The translations under genes and the position numbers were made by a program. The notes beneath the pieces were generated by a model, which was not told the DNA's origin, ran no database searches, and saw only the letters and a list, made by a program, of their open reading frames with translations. A stretch of 64,000 nucleotides of DNA. Source: Carcharhinus amblyrhynchos. Lineage: Eukaryota. Every line of letters starts with the position of its first letter. Positions within the stretch are counted from its first letter, which is position 1. Where the stretch lies: assembly GCA_965287045.1 (NCBI GenBank), contig OZ336877.1, positions 53,816,001 to 53,880,000 of the forward strand. Direction: 5' to 3'. Below, piece by piece: positions 52,835 through 64,000 of this stretch.

Positions 52835-53580
52835 GCCCAATCACTTCTGGCCCCAAAGACCCAACTAGCCCCTCACCTAACCAACCACTCTCTCCCCAGA
52901 CTCCCACATCCAATTACCCCCTCCTGACCCCTGACCAACTACCCCCCACGACATGACCCAGGTGCCTTCTCAATCACCTGGTCTATTCCAAGTACCTCCA
53001 TGACCGCTTCCCCTGACTTGACTCAATCCAACTAAGTCCCCAACCACCCAACTACTCCTATGTATAACCTGAGCCAACCACCTCCCCGACCACCCAACTA
53101 CTCCCCCCAATTGACCCAACTACCTCTCCCACAACCTGACTATTCCCCTAACTTGATCCAACTATCCTACCAACCACCAAATGACCCCACCAAACAACCC
53201 AACTACTCCACTCAACCTGAACCAACTAATCCCAAACATGCGGCTACCACCCAATCTGACTACCTGTCCCTCCCGACCATCCATCTACCATTTGACTATC
53301 CCCCACCCCAATCACTATCCCTCGACCAGATCAAACTGCACACCTCTCTGACAACACCGCCCCCCAACCACCCTCCCCCACCCCCCGTCCCTGTTCCCGT
53401 TCCCGTTCCCATTCCCCCCCCCCGTCCCCGTTCCCGTCCCCCCTTCCCCCCGTCCCCTCCCCTCCCCCCGTCCCCTTCCTTTCCCTCCGCCCCCGTCCCC
53501 TTCCTTTCCGTCCGCCCCCGTCCCCTCCCTCCTCCCCCACCCCCGTCCCTAATTGCCCGACTGTCCTCCCAACCTGCTTC
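52835..53580. repeat. C-rich low-complexity tract: degenerate (ACCCAACTA)-like units followed by (CCCCGT)n
   Basis: Seen directly. A similar tract in G-rich orientation lies at ~13020-13380. Confidence 0.8.
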
Positions 53581-53994
53581 AGCCAGGTTCAGAAGATACA
53601 GCTTAAAATAGGCAGTATTGTCGGGGCAGAGGGTACTTCAGAGACAGTGGCATTGCTGCTGACCAGATGTTCAGATTATATGTCATAAATGAAAAACATT
53701 GTGATGCTTTGTGTTCAGATTCCCTGCACTGGAAGAGTAAATTTCACATTCAATTTAGCTGTACCAGCATATTTGTCCTCTTACTTCTAATTCCCTAAAG
53801 TTAATGATGAATTATTTGAATTCAGACAACAAACTTTCTTGGTTAATCATTTTGTAAAAGGTAATGCTACTGCACAATGTCTGCTGAATTGTTGCATGGA
53901 ATGGTCATAATTTGAGTGCAGCATGAACAGGGTATAAAAATTGGGAATTTGGTACGTAGCCAATTTGTATGCCTTTTCCTTAGATCTAATGATA

Positions 53995-55635
53995 TCTAAT
54001 TTCCTTTGTAAACCATGGTTTGGCCACCTTTCACGTTTTACTTTTGGGGCCAGACAGGAAGAAAGAATTGTTGCAGTTTACCCATGCACTCTTTGAATGT
54101 TTGCTATTGCCCATCTACCTTTAAATAATGTTTCCAATCTATCATAGCTAACTCTCCTTGATTAAGTTTCAGAACTCTTATCTCAGAATCAACTACATCT
54201 CTCTCCATCTTGATGAAAAATTCTATCACATTATGATCGTTCATCCCAAGGGGTCTTGCACAACTGGTTTGCCAATTATTCCTTTCTCATTAGACAATAC
54301 CCAGTCTAGGATGGCCTGTCCTGTAGTTGGTTCCTAAACATATTGGTTCAGAAAACCACCCAGTATGCACTTCAGGAGTTCCTCCTCTACAATATTGTGA
54401 CTGATATAATTTGCTCAGGCTATATGAAGATTGAAGTCCCCCATAATTACAGATGTTCTTTTATCATATGTGTCTCTAATTTCCTATTTAATGCCATTCC
54501 CAATATCAAAATGACAGTTTGGGGTCTATACTACAACACCCACTAATGTTTTTTGCCCCTTAGTGTTTCTCAGCTATACCCATAGAGATTCCACAGTGTT
54601 GGAGCCAATATTCTTCTTTGGTATGGTGTTAATTTCCTCTTGAACCAGCAATGCAACTCCACCATCCTTTCCTTCTTGTCTGTCCTTCCTAAATACTGAA
54701 CACTCCTAGACGTTCATTTTCAATCCCTGGTCACCCTGCAGCTTTGGTTCCATAATCACAACTGTATCATACCCGTTTACAACTATTTACGCAATTAATT
54801 CATCTACTTTATTGTAAATGCTACTCACATTAGGGCACTAGGCCTTTAGGCTTGTCTTTTTGAGATTATTTGTCCCATTTGCACTACTTTTCACTGTGGC
54901 CCTGATTGGTTCTGGCCCTTGATTCCTTTGCCTATCAATTATCCTATTCCCCTTTCTGTATTTTTTTCTTGTCCCTGATTCCAGCTCCTCTGAATTCTTG
55001 CATCAGTTCCCATTCCCCCTGCCATTTTAGTTCAATTCCTCCCTGACCACTCTAGCAAATAATCCCCATGGGAACTAAAAGAGAAAATGTTGGAAAATCT
55101 CAGCAGAGCTGGCAGCATCTATAAGGAGAGAAAAGAGCTGACATTTCGAGTCCAAATGTCCCTTAGTCAGAGCTCAACTTGAAACATCAGCTCTTTTTCC
55201 TCCTTATAGATGCTGCCAGACCTGCTGAGATCTTTCAGCATTTTCTCTTTTGGTTTCAGACTCTAGCATCCACAGTAACTTTTTTTTGCTTTTAATCCCA
55301 CTAGAACATCCATCCCAGTCATGCCAATGTGTAATCCATCCAGTTTACACTGGTCCTGCCTCCCCCAGAACAAATCTCGATGTCCTAGAAATCTGGAACC
55401 CTCCCTCTCACACCATCTCTTCAGCCATGTAATCATCCGATATATCTTGTTATTTCTACTCTGACTAGCATGTGGCAATGGTAGCATTTCAGAGATCACT
55501 ACGTTTGAGGTTCTACTTTTCAACTAACTTCCTAACTCCCTATATTCTGCTTTTAGGGCCTCATCCTTTTTTTTAATCCTGCGCTGATTGTACCAATGTG
55601 TACCACACCACTGGTTGTTCACCCTCCCCCTCCAG
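53995..55635 (-). mobile_element. Decayed CR1 5' half (ORF1 esterase and ORF2 endonuclease)
   Basis: KSRTSNVVISEMLPLPHASQSRNNKI..MITWLKRWCEREGSRFLGH...LDGLH is an SGNH esterase-like motif typical of CR1 ORF1. Endonuclease remnants follow (YDTVVIMEP, VVV..P, IMGDFNLH). Confidence 0.85.
55073..55292. mobile_element. Inverted pair of Penelope-like terminal repeats nested in the CR1
   Basis: The ~79-bp arm at 55073-55151 is the imperfect reverse complement of 55177-55255. Confidence 0.75.
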
Positions 55636-55736
55636 AATGCGGTCCCTAATCACATCTTACCATGAATGTCCATCTCACCATGTATGACTTCCTTATGACC
55701 TGTGATCCTGGTTGTATCAATTGTTCACATCTCTTA

Positions 55737-56760
55737 AAGAACATAAGAACTAGGAGCAGGATGAGGAAATTCATCCCCCCGAGCCTGCTCCCCAATTCAA
55801 TACGATCATGGCTGATCTTGTCTTAGCCTCAACTCCACTTTCCTGTCTGTTCTTCATAACCCTTCAACCTATTACTAATTAAAAAATCTTTCTACCTGCT
55901 CCTTTAATTTGCTCAATGTCCCAGCGTCACTGCACTCTGGGGTAGTGAATTCCAAGAATCACGATCCTTTGAGAGAAGTAGCTTCTCCTCATCTCTGTTT
56001 TAAAGCTGCTACCCCTTATCCTCAAACTATGATCTCTTGTTCTAGATTACCCCACAAGTGGAAGAATCCATTCTATGTCTACTTTGTCAATACATTTTAT
56101 ATATTGCAATCTCCATTTATTTTTCTAAACATTAGAAAGTATCAGCCTAAACTGCTCAATCTCTCTTTATACAACAAACCCTTCATCTCTTGTGAACCTC
56201 CTCTGACTGGCTCGGATGCCACTACATCCTTCCTTAAATAAGGGGACTAAAACTATACACAGTACTCCAGGTGTGGTCTCACCAATGCCATGTATAGTTG
56301 CAACAACACTTCCTTACTTTAATATTCTATTCCTTTAGCTATAGATGCCAAAATTCCATTTACTTTCCTTATTACTTGCCATTACTGTTTTCTGCAACTT
56401 AGGCACAAGGACACCTTCTACACTGAAACACCCTGAAGACTCTCTCCATTTAGATAATAAGGGGACTTTCCATTTTTCCAACCAAAATAGATAACCTCAC
56501 ACTTATCCAAGTTAAACTCCTTTTGCCACATTTTGGCCCATTCACCTATCCTATCTATAACCATTTGTAAATTTCTTATTTCCTCATTACAGCTTACCAT
56601 CCCATCTATTTTAGTGTCTTCTGCAAATTTGGCTATAGTACATTCTATCCCTGCATCCAAGTCATTAATATAGATTGTAGATAGTTGGAGCCCGAAGACC
56701 CTGTGACACCCCACTAGTTACATTTTGCCAACCAGGAAAACACTTATTTATCCTGACTCC
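55737..56760 (-). mobile_element. Decayed CR1 RT / 3' end
   Basis: TIYINDLDAGIECTIAKFAEDTKIDG..., HLEYCV and a tail at 55737 (aagaacataagaac). Confidence 0.9.
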
Positions 56761-58000
56761 AGACGATCCCATTGACTGGACCCCATTCTTCTGAAGCCGT
56801 TGTAAACCTTGGTGACATGGTGTCACGTTGGTGTGGTATGAATATTTAGTAAGGGGGAATTATGTGGTGGGGAGGCTCATTAATAGTAGTCAATCTTATT
56901 AAAATCCATTTGTTACGTCACTGGTGAGGCGATGGAGAAAATCGGAAAAGAAATCTCACTTGCAGTGAACACAGGAGCAAAATTGTCCCTAATGTTTATA
57001 TAATTTTCAATGCATTAAAAAAACTATGTTTTGGCCAATCATGTAGAAATGATACAGTATTGAACATAAAGTATGTCACAGGTGACATGCCCTTGTTCTA
57101 TTCAAGTTGCCTTAAAATTACATTTGCATACTGCGTCTTGGTGCCCCCACCCCACTCAAATGGGCTGCACCTAGGAGGATGCATCCAGCGCTGTGGGTGG
57201 GCATTCCTCTGACATCTTGACATTCACCAGAAGAGGCACCCAGGCACTGGTGTTCTGATCTTGAGCCTCCCTGAAAGGAGCCCACAGAGATGACAGGCAG
57301 CTTGCCCTCCAGAATGAGATGTGTTTGGACCTCTTTGATCACCATTGATGGACAAACAACTAGCTGAGAGACCAAATGCCTCATCCATCTCTCACACTGG
57401 CAGTGACCTCCTGAGTTCCGTGACAGTGTAGGGTTACAGGTCCAATCACAACCCCAGGAACTCCAAACTGTTCCTGGAACTGCCTCGCCATGAGTTACAA
57501 CTCTCTCCACGAAGGAGGCTATGTGCTTGGTCCTGCATGTCAGCGCAGTGCTCATACTTGGCATGGACTCCTCCATGACAGAGACCGTGTCACGTCAGGT
57601 TCTCTGACAAATCTCCCCATACACTCTGCTGGACGTCCAGCATCTTCTTCCTGATGGAGGACTCCAGAGGCTTGTCACCTGCCTTGGACTCAAGTCTCCA
57701 GTTGTCCTTCGACTTATGGTGCCCTGGGCTTCTCTTCTGCCTCTGCAAGCTCCTTATGCGGGTGTGATATGCCCTCACCACTGTGCAATACCTACAGAGC
57801 CAATGACTTAATGCCCACCAATGTATCAGTACCTGTGCTGGAGCTTGCTTCAGGGGGTGTGACATTGGTGCAAGTGTCAGTGTCTCATCATCAAAGGTTA
57901 AGGAGTGGGCTTTAAGATCACCAGACATTCTGCACCTGTGGGAAGAAAACAACATGTCAATACATTCAATCATCACATTGTCAATGTGTAAGCTAGGCGG

Positions 58001-58446
58001 GCTGATAAACTAGGCTTGTACTCGTTAGAGTTTAGAAGAATGAGGGGAGATCTCATTGAGACGTATAAGATGATGAATGGGATGGATAGGATAGAGGTGG
58101 AGAGACTCTTCCCGCTCAAAAAAGACAGTAGGACTAGGGGGCACAGCCTCAAGATAAAGGGGAGGCGGTTTAGAACGGAGTTGAGGAGGAACTTCTTCAC
58201 TCAAAGGGTGGTGAATCTCTGGAATTCTCTGCCCGTTGAAGTGGTGGAGGCTGCCTCGCTAAATATTTTTAAGAAGCGGGTTGATGGGTTCTTGATAAGA
58301 GAGGGGATTAAGGGTTATGGGGAGAGGGCGGGAAAGTGGAACTGAGCCACGACAGATCAGCCATGATCTTATTGAATGGCGGGGCAGGCTCAAAGGGCTA
58401 GATGGCCTACTCCTGCTCCTATTTCTTATGTTCTTATGTTCTTATG
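58001..58446 (+). mobile_element. Young CR1 3' fragment
   Basis: Almost identical to ~60711-61151 (I find about 3 differences) with a (TTCTTATG)3 tail. Confidence 0.96.
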
Positions 58447-59303
58447 AATTACAGCATGGTCTCATCTGGATTGGAGCTTCAGTGGGCATTTTGCTGGGAC
58501 ATTTCCATTTCAGATCAGAGGACCCCACAATGTTTGCACTCCCCACTGCACTCACAGCTGTTCACTGCACCCTTACCTTCATCCGAGATCCTTGCCTCAC
58601 CACAACCAGAGGATCGAGCTCTGTGGTGGCAATTCATCCCAAATCCATCTATCCTGTAGCAGGTCAGGAGATGCAGATGGGGAATCCCATTGACCATTCT
58701 GCTGTCCCACTGCCCGTTCCTCTGTCCTCTGCTGCATTATGGCTTCTGTTCTGAAAGGGAAGAATAGAATGCATCATTAGTGCTCCCTCTCCCTGAAGCA
58801 CCGTTCTAGTTTATTCACGTCCCCTTCCCCATCCAAGTGCCAGGTTGCAGGGTGCACCTCACTCTCCAGTGCACTCAAGCAAAGCATGCAGACCCAGCCT
58901 TGCAGACACAGGCTTCAGTGCCAGTTAGCACGCACACTCTTGCACTCCTGAGCATCTCAAGGAATGTCCACCTGATTACACATCTCTCTGCACAGTTCCA
59001 TGCCACCATCTGTACTCACCTTTGCAGAAGTTTGTTGAACTTTTGTGGCTCTGAATCCACATTTGTCACACCACACTGTGCCCAGGCTTTCTTGGTGACA
59101 TGTGGCAACTTCCTCTTTCTTTCTCTGGAAATCAAAATGTCCCATCTGGCACTGACCTCCTCCACCATAATTCCAAGGTATTCACTGAGGAAGGTTGAGT
59201 GCTGATTGGAATTGTTCTCCAACCTTCTGTGCCCACTAAGTGCTACGACCATTATTACTTCCTTACTGCATTGCAGAAAATCCACTCTACCTCACCTACA
59301 ACA

Positions 59304-61153
59304 GAGTTTTTATAAATATATAAAAAGGAAGAGGCTGGCTAGGGTGAACGTTGGTCCTTTAGAGGATGAGAAAGGGGAGCTAGTGGTAGGGGATGGGGAT
59401 ATGGCTAAGGTCTTGAATAACTTTTTTGTTTCTGTCTTCACGGAGGAGGACGTGAATAATTTGCCGGGTGTTAGCGATGGAAAGGTGGTAGGAATGGAGG
59501 GTCTTAATGACATTACTGTTACTAGAGAGGTGGTGCTCGACAGACTGGAGGGGCTGATTGTGGACAAGTCCCCAGGACCGGATGGAATGCATCCGAGGGT
59601 TCTGAAAGAAATGGCGGAGGTGATAGTGGATGCCTTGGTGGTTATTTTCCAGACGTCGCTGGATTCCGGGGAAGTGCCGGAAGATTGGAAAACGGCTAAT
59701 GTTACGCCGTTGTTTAAGAAGGGTGCCAGGCAAAAGGCGGGGAATTATAGGCCGGTTAGTTTAACGTCTGTGGTAGGTAAAATGTTAGAATCCGTCATTA
59801 AGCAGGAAATTGCGAGGCATCTTGAAGGGAATTGCTTGATAGGGCGGACGCAACACGGTTTCATTAAAGGGAAGTCGTGTCTGACAAATTTACTGGAGTT
59901 CTATGAGGATGTGTCTAGGGCAGTGGATAGAGGAGAGCCGGTGGATGTGGTCTTTCTGGATTTTCAGAAGGCGTTTGACAAGGTACCTCACAAGAGGTTA
60001 TTGCAGAAGGTCAGGGGACAGGGAGTTGGGGGTAGGGTGTTAGCGTGGATAGAGGATTGGTTGTCAAATAGGAGGCAGAGAGTGGGGGTCAATGGGTGCT
60101 ATTCGGATTGGCGGTTGGTGACTAGTGGGGTGCCCCAGGGGTCGGTGCTGGGGCCTCAGCTATTTACCATTTATATAGATGATCTGGAGGAGGGAACCGA
60201 GTGCAGGGTGTCGAAATTTGCTGATGACACCAAGATTGGGGGAAAGGCAAATTGTGCGGAGGGTGTGGAGAGTCTGCAGAAGGATCTAGATAGGCTGGGC
60301 GAATGGGCCAGGAAATGGCAAATGGAATTTAATGTTGGCAAGTGTGAGGTGGTCCACTTTGGTAGGAAGAATGGTAGGAAGGACTATTACTTACGTGGAG
60401 AAAAACTGCAGCAGGCGACGGTGCAGAGGGACCTCGGGGTCCTTGTGCATGAGTCGCAAAAACCCAGCTTGCAGGTGCAGCAGGTGGTCAGGAAGGCAAA
60501 TGGGATGCTGGCCTTCATAGCGAGGGGGATTGAATATAAAAGTAGGGAGGTCTTGCTGCAGCTGTATAGGGCATTGGTGAGGCCGCAGCTGGAGTACTGT
60601 GTGCAGTTTTGGGCGCCGCACCTGCGCAAGGATATTTTGGCCCTGGAGGGAGTGCAGAGGAGGTTTACTAGGCTGATACCGGAGTTGAGGGGATTGAGCT
60701 ATGAGGAGAGGCTGAATAAACTAGGCTTGTACTCGTTAGAGTTTAGAAGAATGAGGGGAGATCTCATTGAGACGTATAAGATGATGAATGGGATGGATAG
60801 GATAGAGGTGGAGAGACTCTTCCCGCTCAAAAAAGACAGTAGGACTAGGGGGCACAGCCTCAAGATAAAGGGGAGGCGGTTTAGAACGGAGTTGAGGAGG
60901 AACTTCTTCACTCAAAGGGTGGTGAATCTCTGGAATTCTCTGCCCGTTGAAGTGGTGGAGGCTGCCTCGCTAAATATTTTTAAGAAGCGGGTTGATGGGT
61001 TCTTGATAAGAGAGGGGATTAAGGGTTATGGGGAGAGGGCGGGAAAGTGGAACTGAGCCACAACAGATCAGCCATGATCTTATTGAATGGCGGGGCAGGC
61101 TCGAAGGGCTAGATGGCCTACTCCTGCTCCTATTTCTTATGTTCTTATGTTCT
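59304..61153 (+). mobile_element. Young 5'-truncated CR1 LINE (HER1-like)
   Basis: TSD TACAACA at 59297-59303 and 61154-61160, uninterrupted ORF2 portion, 3' stem-loop, (TTCTTATG)n tail and retained CpGs. Confidence 0.97.
59305..61056 (+). CDS. CR1 ORF2 reverse transcriptase, N-terminally truncated (583 aa, no endonuclease domain)
   Basis: Motifs KSPGPDG, NYRPVSLTS, QHGF, DFQKAFD, GVPQGSVLGP, FADD and RPQLEYC. The first 33 codons of the track ORF (TTG start) are flanking host sequence. Confidence 0.9.
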   Translation, partial: SFYKYIKRKRLARVNVGPLEDEKGELVVGDGDMAKVLNNFFVSVFTEEDVNNLPGVSDGKVVGMEGLNDITVTREVVLDRLEGLIVDKSPGPDGMHPRVLKEMAEVIVDALVVIFQTSLDSGEVPEDWKTANVTPLFKKGARQKAGNYRPVSLTSVVGKMLESVIKQEIARHLEGNCLIGRTQHGFIKGKSCLTNLLEFYEDVSRAVDRGEPVDVVFLDFQKAFDKVPHKRLLQKVRGQGVGGRVLAWIEDWLSNRRQRVGVNGCYSDWRLVTSGVPQGSVLGPQLFTIYIDDLEEGTECRVSKFADDTKIGGKANCAEGVESLQKDLDRLGEWARKWQMEFNVGKCEVVHFGRKNGRKDYYLRGEKLQQATVQRDLGVLVHESQKPSLQVQQVVRKANGMLAFIARGIEYKSREVLLQLYRALVRPQLEYCVQFWAPHLRKDILALEGVQRRFTRLIPELRGLSYEERLNKLGLYSLEFRRMRGDLIETYKMMNGMDRIEVERLFPLKKDSRTRGHSLKIKGRRFRTELRRNFFTQRVVNLWNSLPVEVVEAASLNIFKKRVDGFLIREGIKGYGERAGKWN

Positions 61154-61789
61154 TACAACATCCAGTAGGCCTCAGGGTGCTGTCTGCAGAGTCTTTTAAC
61201 TGCTTGCTGGATCCCCATTGGACCTGGCACCCAACTAGTTCCCACCCAGCCTGCACTGTCAGGCTAACTGGAAAATGCATTTCACGCTTGGCATACTTTA
61301 ATTGGTCACCCAGCGTGAAATTGTGTTGATGATGCGATCTCACCCAGAGGCAGATTCTGCATCCGCTTCTGGGCCTGCTGACTTTGAATCCACGCCAGGC
61401 ATGAAATTCAAGCCTAAAAGGTTAACGTTCAATATTTTGAAGAGGCTAACCTTCTCAAGGGCAGCTAAGGATGGACAGTAAAATTAAATGGTGAAAATAC
61501 ACAGCAGAACTATCAACATGAGAAGAAGAAGCAAACCATTGGACATTTCAGATAGAAAACATTGCTCGCAGTGATCATATCACAAGAGTGAATGTAAAAT
61601 GCCAAAAAAATCCAGCTGGAGTCATTGAATGATGATTAGAATTGAAAACTGTGGCTAATTGTTTTCCTTTCCCTAGCTTGCAATGCTGAGGCCCATTGTA
61701 ATAGAACTTCTACTCTGGCTGAGATCAGCTAACTGTTACGAAGTTAGTATATTTGTACTGTGGACTTTTTCCTGCTGATCTCCCTGCTC

Positions 61790-62195
61790 CACGTCCTCCC
61801 TTTGTTTTGGTTAGCTTTATAAAGGGGTTCTTCTGTCGGCAGTCAATCAGATCTGACAAAAAGCTTTCTGCCTGAAATGTCCAACGGCCTTTTCTCTTTC
61901 AAATGTTGACAGACCTGCTGTGTATTTTCAGTATTATTTATTTATATTTGGATAAAGGTACTATTAGACAAGGGTGTTACTATAATTAAAGGACTTTAGA
62001 TTTGTTTTTGTAGACTTGGATGAATGTATCTTTGTAAAATAAAATCTTGTTTGGATCACACACACAAACCCTTGCTTTGCAGTCAGACTATTAATTAGAA
62101 ATAAAAACAGAAAATGTTGCATAAACTCAGCAGATCTGGCAGCATCTGTGGAGAGAGAAACAGAGTTAAAATCTCGTGTCCATTGACGCTTTTGT
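61790..62195. mobile_element. Two Penelope-like terminal repeat fragments in opposite orientation
   Basis: The + copy at ~61790-61945 has ctgacaaaaag..cctgaaatgtc..cagacctgctg. The - copy at ~62098-62195 has aaaacagaaaatgttgc..ctcagcagatctggcagcatctgtggag. Confidence 0.65.
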
Positions 62196-64000
62196 TAATT
62201 AGGTTGTTTTGTAAGGAAAGGCTGTGAAGATACAAAAACAACAGCTTAAATGTTAAATTGTTTTCCAATAAAAAAATTATGAAAATAACAATTCACAAAC
62301 TTTTGCTTTCACTGATATAGCACCTGTTGCAATGCAAACTTAACAATTCCACATTTGAACAGCATTAGATTTTCTAATTTCAGCTATTTATTTCATAACC
62401 TCAAGTCATATTGGTATGAAAGGGCTGATGGCAAACTGATGTTCCAACTGTTGGGAACTACTGAGTCAGGAAGGCTGGTAAGCAGAGCCTGGAGCTATGC
62501 TTGATTGTAATGTTGTTCTAACCTCTGACTTACTGACACCCAGGAAACAGCAGGGATACAAAATGGCGAGTTGGTGGGGGGAACTGTTGTAAAAATAAAT
62601 GATTGGAAAGCTGCTTTAACTCCCACCTTTAGCTGAGAAATGCAAGAGAAATTAGTGGAGATCAGGACAGCCAGAGAGAGATGATACAGTGACATGTAAA
62701 TTACAAAGATAAATAGAATTAAAGCTCTTATTTTAATAGAATTGAAGTTGAAAGATATCTTGTTGGACTATGGTAAACATTAAGTAAAAATGGAAAGTTG
62801 CCTTGTCAGATCAGTCTATTATAACAGGCCCATACCAGTCTGGCCTATCACTGATAATGTAATAGAATTCTATCTTCACTGAATTTTTGAATCACGCCTA
62901 TAGCCTGTAACTTATTAATTATCCTCAAACTGAAGATCTATTCGCATTGCACCCTTATTTAATACTGGGTTGGCAAATGAAGTCAGGACAAATTGTTCTT
63001 TTCCAGTATGTCTGTCTTCTAAATCAAGCGTATAATAAATGGATTATATTACCTTATATAGATCAGTTTAAACTATGCTCTGTAGTTAAACATTCCTTAC
63101 AGGATGATATTGTGTAAATCAAGGGTCGGATTTCAGTGGGAGGCACAGGATTGTACAGCACCCATTTGTCAACTTGATGGCACTTCCATGAGGTTGCATC
63201 AGCTTTTCTTTGAAGAAGGGGGAAATTTTATGCAAGACCTTCACTATCATTTACGCCTACACCCACTCCCTTCTTCCAGATTCTCAGATAATTCAAGGTA
63301 ATGCCATGATACAATCAGTCAGTAGAAGTATGTGACAACTGTTTTCAGGAAAACATTTCTAATTTAAAATTGTTGACGCAGTGAAAATGAGGGGGATTAA
63401 CACAAATGTGTCCAGTATTTCCTTTGAATTATTGCAAATCACAGATCTCTTAAATAATTGAGTTTTTCTGCTTGCAGAATTGCCTCGGGCAAGAAAATAA
63501 TTTGGTTTCACATTTCAGATGGTGATTTAATCAGAATACTTTCAACCATTTGCTAAAAGGAGCAACTCACCATGATGATTAGTTTAGTAATTTTAGTTGG
63601 TAAAACAGTATAAGATACAGAGCAGATCAAGATCAAGCATTTTATTAATGATTTTAAATATAGTTTGTTGCCTACAAGTTATTGTGTTCATGCTGTTTAA
63701 GAAAAGTCAGTGAAGAGGTTTGGATAGTTCAAAGCAGAGTACTGGAACACATTGTCTTCTGATAGCTCATGTATTAAACAGTAGTTTTCACAACCTTATC
63801 TATGCAATTTTTTTTAATACTATGAAACCGTTAACTATGAATTGTGCAGAAATTAATTCAAAATACAAGCAAAGTAGTGTTACTGTATTTAATATGCCAG
63901 TTTTCAAAACAATGACTATTAATAAAACATTCTTCCTCTCTGGAATTCAGGTACTGGGACAATTCTTCCAAATAAATTCTAAGTGTCGAATTCACGTAAA

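Larger units (their letters stand above)
57120..61415 (-). mobile_element. PIF/Harbinger-type Myb/SANT relic interrupted by two young CR1 insertions
   Basis: ~59200-59020 reads FLSEYLGIMVEEVSARWDILISRERKRKLPHVTKKAWAQ...KFNKLL, then an acceptor tttcag before NRSHNAAEDRGTGSG at ~58750. A TIR-like end ggcttgaatttc lies at ~61414. Left boundary uncertain. Confidence 0.65.

Noticed and set aside
53060-53611. 183-aa proline-rich ORF
   Set aside because: It is a by-product of the C-rich low-complexity tract, which lacks stop codons. No splice or domain support.
59206-59304. N-terminal 33 codons of the 616-aa ORF, suggesting a domesticated RT gene
   Set aside because: It starts at TTG in flanking Harbinger-relic sequence upstream of the TSD, so it is chance in-frame continuity with a truncated CR1.

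Overview
Eukaryotic, AT-rich, repeat-dense genomic DNA. The SINE, CR1 and Penelope repeat types point to an elasmobranch (shark); this taxon call is inference. The window appears to lie entirely inside the double-stranded RNA-binding protein gene STAU2 on the + strand. Only two coding exons are visible: 20378-20670 (KGILHLSPDVYQEMEASR...SSM helices...QLEYLARIQGFQ) and 49245-49358 (beta-strand part of dsRBD5), separated by a ~28.6 kb intron. The flanking exons were not found. The rest is intronic and filled with layered transposon debris: young and old CR1 LINEs (one 5'-truncated copy has an uninterrupted 583-aa RT frame), a decayed near-full-length RTE, L2 and Rex1/Babar fragments, HE1/V-SINE-type SINEs, Penelope terminal-repeat fragments, PIF/Harbinger Myb/SANT relics with MITE-like derivatives, and a tRNA-Asp pseudogene. 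Almost all ORFs in the supplied track are spurious or transposon-derived. The most unusual items are a TSD-bounded CR1 with a CpG-rich 3' region carrying a splice acceptor and a captured V-SINE (6455-7078), an 88-bp TSD-bounded element with a minimal hammerhead core (41648-41735), and near-identical inverted CR1 copies bracketing the symmetric dsRBD5 exon. I see no convincing novel multi-gene system. All family calls come from recognising motifs by eye, not from database searches, and repeat boundaries are approximate unless a TSD is cited.
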